Made by a program: the position numbers and the translations under genes. DNA of 20,000 nt from an uncultured virus (IMG/VR IMGVR_UViG_3300028591_000186) (taxonomy: Duplodnaviria; Heunggongvirae; Uroviricota; Caudoviricetes): the IMG/VR virus record IMGVR_UViG_3300028591_000186; one strand, 5' to 3'. Positions 1 through 6,920 of the stretch are shown piece by piece. The notes under the pieces were generated by a model, which saw only the letters and a list, made by a program, of their open reading frames with translations, searched no databases and was not told the DNA's origin. Each line of letters begins with the position of its first letter. Within the stretch, counting starts at the first letter, position 1.

Positions 1-47
1 AATTCTTGATAACATCCATGAATATCACTAATAGCATATGTGCTCAT
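1..47 (-). CDS. Metallophosphoesterase (calcineurin-like, Ser/Thr phosphatase-type), N-terminal fragment running off the window
   Basis: Manual translation from the ATG at 47 gives MSTYAISDIHGCYQE, which contains the DIHG metal-binding motif I. RBS GAGGTGA at 59-53. Not in the ORF track. Confidence 0.8.
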   Translation of the reverse strand, partial: MSTYAISDIHGCYQE

Positions 48-96
48 ATTATTCACCTCTTTATAGAAGTAGCATAATACTCGCTCATCCTTTTTG

Positions 97-639
97 TCAA
101 TTAAATGCTTTACTCAACGCGTCGCTAAACATTTTATCCATATTTGACTTTTTCATAATTCTTCCAAATTCTCTATCCATTAGTGTTTTAGGAGCCGGAG
201 ACATATTTTTGATAGTTTTTACTCTGATTAATTCCTTACCATATCCGGAACCTCTATATTTGTTCATCTTGCCTTTGTCTTTTTTATTAATTCCATGTAT
301 TCCTTTAACAAATGTTCTATCAAATACCCAGCCTTTATATGCTCTATATGGATTACCAGGAATGTTTGAACTTGAAACATTGATGCCTGCAAAATAAGAA
401 TCTCCAAATTGTTGGATACCTTGTCCGAACACGTCGTTATATGCATTAGATCCTAAATAAGTACTATAAGTTCTTTCGTAACTTTTTGGATTGGGGTAGT
501 CTTCGTAAAATTGTTCAATGAACGTTTCGTATGCGTTTTCAATTTTAAAGGCAACTTCATCTGCTAATTCTTTAACCGCTTTATTATATTTGCTTTTAAT
601 ATCATTTTCTATTCCTTTTAATCCTTGATTTTTTGTCAT
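97..639 (-). CDS. Phage hypothetical protein (possible tail or neck component)
   Basis: 180-aa ORF with RBS AAGGTG upstream, in the same orientation as the late operon. Function inferred only from context. Confidence 0.6.
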   Translation of the reverse strand: MTKNQGLKGIENDIKSKYNKAVKELADEVAFKIENAYETFIEQFYEDYPNPKSYERTYSTYLGSNAYNDVFGQGIQQFGDSYFAGINVSSSNIPGNPYRAYKGWVFDRTFVKGIHGINKKDKGKMNKYRGSGYGKELIRVKTIKNMSPAPKTLMDREFGRIMKKSNMDKMFSDALSKAFN

Positions 640-678
640 AATTCACACCTTTCCGGCGCAAATTACGCCAAAAATAAT

Positions 679-708
679 ACTCCCTCCGGCTATGACCCCG
701 AAGAGAGT
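679..708 (-). promoter_or_regulatory. RNA hairpin with GGUCAUAG loop followed by AUUAUUUUU (terminator- or attenuator-like)
   Basis: Minus strand ACTCTCTTCGG-GGTCATAG-CCGGAGGGAGT forms an 11-bp stem with two G-U pairs that are possible only on the minus-strand RNA. Confidence 0.55.
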
Positions 709-710
709 TG

Positions 711-719
711 TGCTATAAT
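711..719 (+). promoter_or_regulatory. Extended -10 sigma-A promoter (TGcTATAAT)
   Basis: Perfect TGnTATAAT about 65 nt upstream of the 785 GTG start. Confidence 0.6.
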
Positions 720-784
720 CCTCATGTACGTACTGCAACTATTAACATAGGTAGCTGCCGCCTTAATCCGAAAGGAGGCTTGCT

Positions 785-955
785 GTGAAAGCAATGGTAA
801 TAACTACAGCATTAGCCTCTTGCTTATCACAAATCTTTCAGAGAATAGCATTAGCAATATTATTACTAAAAGAAAGTGATCAGATAACGGCTTTGAAAAC
901 CTCAAAAGAAGGATACAAGGTCTTATTTGGCAAGAACTGTGAACCGCTTTTATAA
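785..955 (+). CDS. Small 56-aa protein with hydrophobic N-terminal half; candidate type I toxin
   Basis: Perfect RBS AAGGAGG at 772-778, GTG at 785, TAA at 953-955. Translation: MKAMVITTALASCLSQIFQRIALAILLLKESDQITALKTSKEGYKVLFGKNCEPLL. Has its own promoter and terminator. Not in the ORF track. Confidence 0.65.
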   Translation: MKAMVITTALASCLSQIFQRIALAILLLKESDQITALKTSKEGYKVLFGKNCEPLL

Positions 956-998
956 TAGTTCACATGAGGATTGGAAGGATATCATACACATGTGTACA

Positions 999-1027
999 GA
1001 AAGAGCAAGGACTATCCTTGCTCTTTC
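999..1027. terminator. Hairpin terminator, probably bidirectional
   Basis: GAAAGAGCAAGG-actat-CCTTGCTCTTTC is a perfect 12-bp stem between the convergent 785-955 (+) and 1074-1511 (-) ORFs. Confidence 0.7.
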
Positions 1028-1038
1028 GTTATTACCCC

Positions 1039-1058
1039 CATAGGTTATGACCCCTACG
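1039..1058 (-). promoter_or_regulatory. RNA hairpin with GGUCAUAA loop
   Basis: Minus strand CGTAGG-GGTCATAA-CCTATG. The loop differs by one base from the 679-708 hairpin loop. Confidence 0.45.
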
Positions 1059-1073
1059 ACACCGCTGGCATAA

Positions 1074-1511
1074 TTAATTATTATCAAGTTTAGCCATTAC
1101 TTGACGAATTGCTTCTCTTTCCTTTTCAGTAGATGCTTCCTGCATTGCCTGTTCTAAATGATCAAACATCATAGCTTTTCCGCTATAGCCACCATTATAA
1201 TTCATACCACGACCATTCATAGCATAGCTATTCCCATCACGATACATAATTCTACCATTATAACCATAGCTATTCATGCCACGATAACTATTACCATCAC
1301 GAGGCATTACGCCGTCATCATAATAACCATACATGGTTCTCATGGAATTGCCATTCATACCCATTTCTTTTTCCATAGATTCAGCCAAATCCTTACGAAC
1401 ATCAGCCAATTTATAGAGATTAGAAAGAGATGCATCATTAAGCTCAGGTTGCGTTGTAATCTTATCAATCTCACAATCAACAAGTTTTAAAGCTTTTTCA
1501 TAATCGAACAT
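1074..1511 (-). CDS. Phage accessory protein with Gly/Asn/Tyr/Met low-complexity repeats (RDGNSY x2)
   Basis: 145-aa ORF with RBS AAAGGAG. Helical N- and C-terminal segments flank a low-complexity core. Confidence 0.75.
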   Translation of the reverse strand: MFDYEKALKLVDCEIDKITTQPELNDASLSNLYKLADVRKDLAESMEKEMGMNGNSMRTMYGYYDDGVMPRDGNSYRGMNSYGYNGRIMYRDGNSYAMNGRGMNYNGGYSGKAMMFDHLEQAMQEASTEKEREAIRQVMAKLDNN

Positions 1512-1525
1512 TTTTATCTCCTTTC

Positions 1526-2002
1526 TTACCTTGTCATGAACAGATCAGGGCGGGAGAATATAATATTCGTATTCTGTACCTGAATAGGTTGATCTGATGT
1601 ATTCCGAACAGTAACTGTTTCACAACACCCACGCCAAATATCAACGTTGATTGAACGAGAAACATTGAAATATTGATCAACCGCAGCAGGAGTAACGATC
1701 ATATTACTTGCCGGGACAGTCGCACCATCTACTGAAATAGCGACTGAAATCGGCCCTACTGTGCCGCCTGTAGGTATAGATATGTTTGCTCCAAAATCTA
1801 CAAGATATTCCGCAGAATTGTTACCGCATCCACATCCACAATTACATCCACCGAAAAACGGAACATATCCACTCAGCAGAAAATTGCCAGTACCATCCCT
1901 ATGACGTACAAAACCTCGCCTACAAGGACTTGTAGACTCAGTAAACACGATTGATTCTCCGGGATTGACAATCTGAATGGCATTTGCACTATACTCAGCC
2001 AT
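1526..2002 (-). CDS. Beta-rich protein resembling the BclA C-terminal (C1q/TNF-like jelly-roll) domain, with a GCNCGCGCG insert
   Basis: 158-aa ORF with RBS GGAGGTG. Alternating beta-strand pattern (YLVDFGANIS, ISVAISVDG, TVTVRN). The fold is inferred. Confidence 0.6.
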   Translation of the reverse strand: MAEYSANAIQIVNPGESIVFTESTSPCRRGFVRHRDGTGNFLLSGYVPFFGGCNCGCGCGNNSAEYLVDFGANISIPTGGTVGPISVAISVDGATVPASNMIVTPAAVDQYFNVSRSINVDIWRGCCETVTVRNTSDQPIQVQNTNIIFSRPDLFMTR

Positions 2003-2016
2003 TATGCCACCTCCCT

Positions 2017-2748
2017 TCAGTTAGAACCACATCCGCAACCGTAACCATAACCCTGATTGCAGCAATACGGTGAAGGTACAACGTATGCCGGACGAGGAGT
2101 AGGAGCAAGATACTGCTCAAGAGCAGCTGTCTGAGCCTCATTATTTGCAAGAATAGCGGCTGTCTGTGCATTCTGTGATGCTGCAAGCTGTGACATTGTA
2201 AGCTGTTGCTGAAGAGCTGCAATTTGCTCATTTTTAGCATCAATCTTATCCTGACACATTTGATCTTTAATATTCTGAATGCCCGAATTAACAGTATTAA
2301 GAACACTTTGAAGAGCATCAGTAACCGCTGCACGATCTGCACATGCTTCAGTAGCAACCGTATACTTCAAATCTGCAACTGCTGCACGATTTTCACAACT
2401 ATTAGTTGCCTGATTCATAGCAAGATTACTTATCTGATTAGTCAGATTAGCAAGTTGGTTACAGCGAGATACTTCTGCATTTGCAAGAGAAGTGTTGATA
2501 CCGCTGATACCACTCATGATAGCCGCCTGATCAAAACCATTTTGCACATCGTTTACAACATAGGGAACAGATCCGCCATTACCACCGAATCCATTACCCC
2601 AACCGCCAAATCCACCATTCATAAAAGCGAAAATGAATAAGACGATTATCCAGAAAGACCCGCCGTCGTTCCATCCGAAACCATTACTACCATTACCTAC
2701 CACTGCTGCTACATCTGCCGCAGACAGATCACCATTTGAAAGTGCCAT
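2017..2748 (-). CDS. Membrane-anchored coiled-coil protein with Gly-rich N-terminus and Cys/Gly-rich tail
   Basis: 243-aa ORF with RBS AAAGGAG. Single hydrophobic segment FWIIVLFIFAFM between GFG/GWG repeats, Q/A-rich heptads, and a C-terminal YCCNQGYGYGCGCGSN. Confidence 0.75.
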   Translation of the reverse strand: MALSNGDLSAADVAAVVGNGSNGFGWNDGGSFWIIVLFIFAFMNGGFGGWGNGFGGNGGSVPYVVNDVQNGFDQAAIMSGISGINTSLANAEVSRCNQLANLTNQISNLAMNQATNSCENRAAVADLKYTVATEACADRAAVTDALQSVLNTVNSGIQNIKDQMCQDKIDAKNEQIAALQQQLTMSQLAASQNAQTAAILANNEAQTAALEQYLAPTPRPAYVVPSPYCCNQGYGYGCGCGSN

Positions 2749-2789
2749 TTGGAAACTCCTTTCGTTAAAAAAACATTAATAAGTTATTT

Positions 2790-2817
2790 ATTACTATCAT
2801 GCGCATGAATTAGTAAT
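2790..2817. promoter_or_regulatory. Palindrome or hairpin centred on TGCGCA in the leader of the 243-aa gene
   Basis: ATTACTA-TCATGCGCATGA-at-TAGTAAT: a perfect 12-bp inner palindrome plus 7-bp outer arms. Confidence 0.5.
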
Positions 2818-2824
2818 CGAAATT

Positions 2825-2852
2825 AAAAAAGCCGTGTATATAAATACACGAC
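2825..2852 (-). terminator. Intrinsic terminator-like hairpin inside the accessory module
   Basis: Minus strand GTCGTGTA-tttata-TACACGGC followed by TTTTTT. Confidence 0.6.
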
Positions 2853-2877
2853 GGAGTTCCTTTTAATCCTAAAAAAC

Positions 2878-3099
2878 CTATTTCAAAATTCCCTGTAATT
2901 GTCTCGCCATACCTTGAATTTGATTGAATTGCTGTTGTGTCATTTTTCCAGAATTCAATAAATCCTGTACTTGTTGTTTTGCATCACCCTTAAAATTTTG
3001 CTTAAATTGATTAAAGCTGTTTATGAAATTTGCCATATTCCCAAATGGGCCGTTATTTTGATTATTACCACCCATTTGATTAAATATTGGATTTCCCAT
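2878..3099 (-). CDS. Small Gln/Asn-rich phage accessory protein
   Basis: 73-aa ORF with RBS GGAGG. Its start overlaps the upstream stop (TAATG at 3101-3097). Contains the motif LLNSGKMTQQQFNQ. Confidence 0.75.
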   Translation of the reverse strand: MGNPIFNQMGGNNQNNGPFGNMANFINSFNQFKQNFKGDAKQQVQDLLNSGKMTQQQFNQIQGMARQLQGILK

Positions 3100-3608
3100 T
3101 ATTTGTTCCTCCGTCTTGATGTTGTACTAATATCAGATTCTTCTTTGTTTTCACTTGATAATTGTTTTCTAAGAGAATCTAATTCTTCAAGAACTAAATT
3201 AAAATCTTCCTGTTTTACAAATCCTTTTAGATCTTCTTTTTTTGCAAAATCAACATTTTCCACAACTTCTGGTACTATTTCTTCATCATCGGTTTCTTCA
3301 ATCAAACGGTAAGTACGCATCTTTTGTGGCTTTCCATCTTTATCTGCTGATTTCATATAGATGTATGGATTTTCACTATCCATAAGTAAAAGAGAGTGTC
3401 CCGGAGCAACAAGATAAGCTTTTGCAGCCTCTTTCCCTTCAACCCATATGAAACTATTATTTTCCTGACTTTGTTGTTCTTGCTGTTGAGGTTGCATCAT
3501 AGGTTGTTGCGGGACATACTGCATTTGTGGTTGCTGAACCATAGGTATATTCTGTTGAGCAGGCCATATAAATTGCTGTTGAGGCAAATATGGATTTTGA
3601 TAAATCAT
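3099..3608 (-). CDS. Phage accessory protein with a Pro/Gln-rich N-terminus, a small beta domain and a C-terminal coiled coil
   Basis: The ORF track gives 3099-3626. The better start is the ATG at 3608 (MIYQ), with RBS AAAGGA at 3623-3618, immediately after the upstream stop at 3610. Confidence 0.7.
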   Translation of the reverse strand: MIYQNPYLPQQQFIWPAQQNIPMVQQPQMQYVPQQPMMQPQQQEQQSQENNSFIWVEGKEAAKAYLVAPGHSLLLMDSENPYIYMKSADKDGKPQKMRTYRLIEETDDEEIVPEVVENVDFAKKEDLKGFVKQEDFNLVLEELDSLRKQLSSENKEESDISTTSRRRNK

Positions 3609-3609
3609 A

Positions 3610-3981
3610 TTAATATTTCCTTTCATATATCCAAATTATCTGTTCAGATCCCGAATCCCATGAATCGAAATAGACCCCGTTTTTTACTCCAACCACATGA
3701 TCTCCGGTTCCCAATAAAAAAATCCCGGATGGATACATATCAGTAAATTGCTTGACTGTATAACATCCGGGACATGAACTAAATCTTTCGAACCCATTTT
3801 CCCTTAATAATTTATCGTGAATATAATTGGTCGAAGGCATCATTTTTTCTTCAAAACCATATAACATAAGTTTTATATAAGCTTCATCCCAACTACAATT
3901 CAATACAACAGTTAAAGCCCTTGGAACACAATCTCCAGTAGATCGGTTCAAAGGATTGGGGTTATATTTTTTCCATGACAT
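3610..3981 (-). CDS. Putative papain-fold (C39-like) cysteine peptidase
   Basis: 123 aa with GDCVPRAL (Cys), DHVVGV (His) and YFDSWD (Asp) in papain-like order. Translationally coupled to the upstream gene. Confidence 0.6.
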   Translation of the reverse strand: MSWKKYNPNPLNRSTGDCVPRALTVVLNCSWDEAYIKLMLYGFEEKMMPSTNYIHDKLLRENGFERFSSCPGCYTVKQFTDMYPSGIFLLGTGDHVVGVKNGVYFDSWDSGSEQIIWIYERKY

Positions 3982-4526
3982 TATTTTTCCTTTATGAATT
4001 GTGTAATTTTATTTTTGATTTCTGGAGTTTGAAGAGCCTGTTCAAATGTGTTTAGCAACATAGAAACAGCTTCAAACTTAGTTTCAAAGAATGGAATAAT
4101 AGAACGATTAAGATCTACTTCATCATCTACAACTATATTTAAAACAGTTGTAAATTTAGTAACATCGTCTCCAATTGCATTCATAATCGATTCAATAAGA
4201 CCATTTTGTTCAAGAATATCAAAATCTTTACTAATATCATACTGAACAATAAATCCATCTATTTCTTTTTCTTTCTCAAATTTATCCCATTCCAAATCCG
4301 TATATAACTCAATTACAGCCCGCACAAATAGAAAATATCTCAATGGGGAATTGATAACAAAAGTATCTTTACCATTAATATTCTTATACATAGTTGCTTT
4401 CACTATTTGTCGAACAGAATCAATTTTTTGATAATACGGAATATATGTGGTTTTAATATGCTTCTTCACAAAAGCATCTTTCTGTTTTGAAGTGTTGTAT
4501 TTTTTTGCAAATTCTGAAATTAACAT
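3981..4526 (-). CDS. Phage hypothetical protein (possible tail assembly chaperone)
   Basis: 181-aa acidic, helical ORF with RBS AAAGGGAAG. Function inferred from position only. Confidence 0.6.
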   Translation of the reverse strand: MLISEFAKKYNTSKQKDAFVKKHIKTTYIPYYQKIDSVRQIVKATMYKNINGKDTFVINSPLRYFLFVRAVIELYTDLEWDKFEKEKEIDGFIVQYDISKDFDILEQNGLIESIMNAIGDDVTKFTTVLNIVVDDEVDLNRSIIPFFETKFEAVSMLLNTFEQALQTPEIKNKITQFIKEK

Positions 4527-4538
4527 TTTTCTTCCCTT

Positions 4539-4724
4539 TTAGTCCTTTCTTACTTCAAACTCCCACTCATAACCATCGTCCGTATATATTCGAAATTTAT
4601 CTGAATATGCATCATAATGAACATGTGTTATCTGAGGAGAAGATGAGCAAATATTGAAATAATCTGTCCTTTTAATCATGTAACCATTATCAGCTAACAG
4701 CTGGGATATTTCTGTTGAATACAT
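4539..4724 (-). CDS. Small phage hypothetical protein
   Basis: 61-aa ORF that fills the gap between the recombinase and the 181-aa gene. Weak RBS AGGT. Confidence 0.6.
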   Translation of the reverse strand: MYSTEISQLLADNGYMIKRTDYFNICSSSPQITHVHYDAYSDKFRIYTDDGYEWEFEVRKD

Positions 4725-4759
4725 GATTGTATACCTATGTGTTAAATAAACTTTAAGAT

Positions 4760-5758
4760 TTAATTACCTTTTATACCTTCTGAGGTAAAGAATTTTCCAA
4801 AGGAATCTGAAGCCTCCGAGTCATTGTAGACGGAAAGCATATCTGCACTAGACCAATTGAAGTATGCTTGAATAACATCACTTGGAACACCAAGCTTAAA
4901 TAGTCTTGTGCATAATTGATGTCTTAATGCATGAAAATAAAATGGTTTTCCAAGATATCTTGTTATTGTTTGAGCATAAGAATCTAAAGTTCCAATAGTA
5001 TACACTTTTCCATCAGCATTAGAAAATATATATTCACTTTCCTTAAAATGCTTTTCGTTCTTTTCTTTAATCCATAAATCTAAATATTTCTTAAAATCCA
5101 AAAGTGTATATTTAATAGAGGGCTTTCCCTGAACTCCTCGCCCTTTGGTTTGGATTGTTTCAGGAGTTCTATATAATGCAGCGTCCGACATAATATTTTC
5201 GTCATCGAAAAACGCAGTCTTAAAACGTAACAGTTCAGATTTTCTCGCTCCGCTAAACGCTGCAAGAGCAAAAGCACATGCTATAGAATATTTCTTATCT
5301 TCAACTAACTGTTTTAAAACATTATCAACTTCTTGATCAGTTATAATTGTTTTTTCTCTAACAGTTTGTTTAACAGGAGATTCAATCTTGTAGATAATAG
5401 AACGATAATTCTTAATCTCATCATCAAGTATATTTTCAATATAATTTGAAAGACTACTTAAACATGATTTTACTCTAGCTAATCTATTTGAGCTCCATTT
5501 CCATTCTGTCATTGCGTATTTTTGAAATTTCGCTACTTCACGTTTTGTTAGATCAACAAAATATTTATTATCATTATTATCTATATTCCAACAAAAGAAG
5601 ATATACAAATCGTTTTTATATCCCGCGATTGTATTGGGGCTTCGGTCTACTGATACAAGATAATCGAGAAAATCATTTATAAGTTCTATATTTTTTGGAT
5701 TTATTCTAGCAATTTTTTCTGAACTTGTTATTTCATTATATACGGTTGTACGTCCCAT
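4760..5758 (-). CDS. Tyrosine recombinase (XerC/D-like integrase family)
   Basis: 332 aa. SAM-like N-domain (RSPNTIAGYKNDL). Catalytic residues R (SGARKSE), K (TKGRG), HxxR (HALRH), W (FNWSS) and Y (SVYND). RBS GAGGAGGGG. Confidence 0.92.
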   Translation of the reverse strand: MGRTTVYNEITSSEKIARINPKNIELINDFLDYLVSVDRSPNTIAGYKNDLYIFFCWNIDNNDNKYFVDLTKREVAKFQKYAMTEWKWSSNRLARVKSCLSSLSNYIENILDDEIKNYRSIIYKIESPVKQTVREKTIITDQEVDNVLKQLVEDKKYSIACAFALAAFSGARKSELLRFKTAFFDDENIMSDAALYRTPETIQTKGRGVQGKPSIKYTLLDFKKYLDLWIKEKNEKHFKESEYIFSNADGKVYTIGTLDSYAQTITRYLGKPFYFHALRHQLCTRLFKLGVPSDVIQAYFNWSSADMLSVYNDSEASDSFGKFFTSEGIKGN

Positions 5759-5778
5759 GATCCCCTCCTCTCAGACAA

Positions 5779-5861
5779 AACCTCTATATATAAAAAACGT
5801 GGGCAGAAGAGTAGAGGTTCTCTTCTCAACAGGCTCATGACTTCCTGTTGTTCCCACGTTT
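5779..5861 (-). ncRNA. Candidate structured cis-regulatory leader RNA (three-way junction) upstream of the recombinase
   Basis: Outer stem 5795-5803/5853-5861. Inner stems 5827-5833/5844-5850 (loop AAGUCAUGAG) and 5805-5811/5820-5826. Loop 5812-5819 is complementary to 5779-5786. A U-tract follows the outer stem. Confidence 0.55.
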
Positions 5862-5996
5862 AATACCAAATTTATAAAAAACCAAATAACTACATTGACA
5901 ATTTTACATCATTTTCGTCGTTTTCTAGTCCACGTGGACAATTTACCACCCGCCACATGAAAACTAGAAATTGATTATTTTTTACAAATGTCATCT

Positions 5997-6479
5997 TTAT
6001 TTCGTTAGCGAATCATAATATTCAATGACGGCTAACCCTATATTAATTGCATCAGCCTCATCGTCCGTAACATCTAATCCAAGCCTATCTTTTATATATC
6101 TAACGCTTTCTTCCTTAAGTTCATTCCGAGTTTTCTTTCCTTGTTCAAATTTCGGCAACCATTTCCGCCACTCAGACGGATTTATCTCATGATATTCACG
6201 GCTCTTACATACACACCAACAACGAACTGCTCCAAGTATTTCGGAAAGCTTATTAACCATCATTACATTCCTACCATGTCCTTGTGGATGTTCAATCCAT
6301 ACTATATCTGGATTTTCTTTTTGAAGTAATTTAATAATATCTCTAATCATATTATCTATTCGTTCATTTACATCTTTATTTTTGCGATGGTCAAATAAAA
6401 TATGATAAACATATTTCCCATTAATAAAAAAAGAGACCCCTGTAGCGGTGGTACTTGAGTCTATACTGCATAATTTCAT
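5997..6479 (-). CDS. RuvC-like Holliday junction resolvase
   Basis: 160 aa with the RNase H-fold acidic motifs SIDSSTTATG, VWIEHP, INPSEWRK and DDEADAINIG. Confidence 0.85.
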   Translation of the reverse strand: MKLCSIDSSTTATGVSFFINGKYVYHILFDHRKNKDVNERIDNMIRDIIKLLQKENPDIVWIEHPQGHGRNVMMVNKLSEILGAVRCWCVCKSREYHEINPSEWRKWLPKFEQGKKTRNELKEESVRYIKDRLGLDVTDDEADAINIGLAVIEYYDSLTK

Positions 6480-6508
6480 AAATATGCTCCATTTTATCCT
6501 ATTAATCG

Positions 6509-6724
6509 TTAACTAATTTCTCGGTTTCTCCATTTTTTATATAATTCCTTAGTTTTTTCATTCTTAGGGAATATCATTATTACATCTCCTTGAGATTCAT
6601 AAACATCTAAAGGAAAAATACCTTCTCTTAACCAAATATATTGTTGGTATCTATCTCTACATCTCATTACTTCATGTGTTCTATACTCTTTTGTTTGAAA
6701 TGCTGGCTTTATCAAATTATTCAT
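6509..6724 (-). CDS. Small phage hypothetical protein whose start codon abuts the IS left end
   Basis: 71-aa ORF with RBS AAAGGA at 6738-6733, which lies inside the inferred IS left end. Confidence 0.7.
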   Translation of the reverse strand: MNNLIKPAFQTKEYRTHEVMRCRDRYQQYIWLREGIFPLDVYESQGDVIMIFPKNEKTKELYKKWRNREIS

Positions 6725-6861
6725 AAATAAAATCCTTTCGGTTTCGTAGGCGGAAACCCACCGCCCTTGGGCGGTGGGAGGAGTCTTGTAAATTCGTAGC
6801 CATTAACCTTGGCTTTTGATGTACTTTTATATAGTAGCTAATGATATCTTGAATTAACCGC

Positions 6862-6909
6862 TTGACTTTCACTAATAAATATTATAATATATATTTAGTG
6901 AAATAACAA
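6862..6909. promoter_or_regulatory. Overlapping divergent sigma-A promoters and an inverted repeat in the IS left part
   Basis: Plus strand: TTGACT (6862-6867), 17 nt, TAATAT (6885-6890), pointing at tnpB. Minus strand: TTGTTA (6909-6904), 17 nt, TATAAT (6886-6881), pointing out of the left end. Inverted repeat TTTCACTAA/TTAGTGAAA at 6867-6875/6895-6903. Confidence 0.55.
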
Positions 6910-6920
6910 TGAGGTACATT

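Noticed and set aside
1200..1360. Short imperfect repeats (CCATCACGA, CATAGCTATT) as a DNA repeat array
   Set aside because: They are in-frame coding repeats (RDGNSY, NSY) with irregular spacing, not repeat-spacer units.
38..3746. Plus-strand ORFs 38-397, 1158-1490, 2206-2640, 2971-3312 and 3396-3746
   Set aside because: They are antisense shadows of well-supported minus-strand genes, with no clear RBS and atypical composition.
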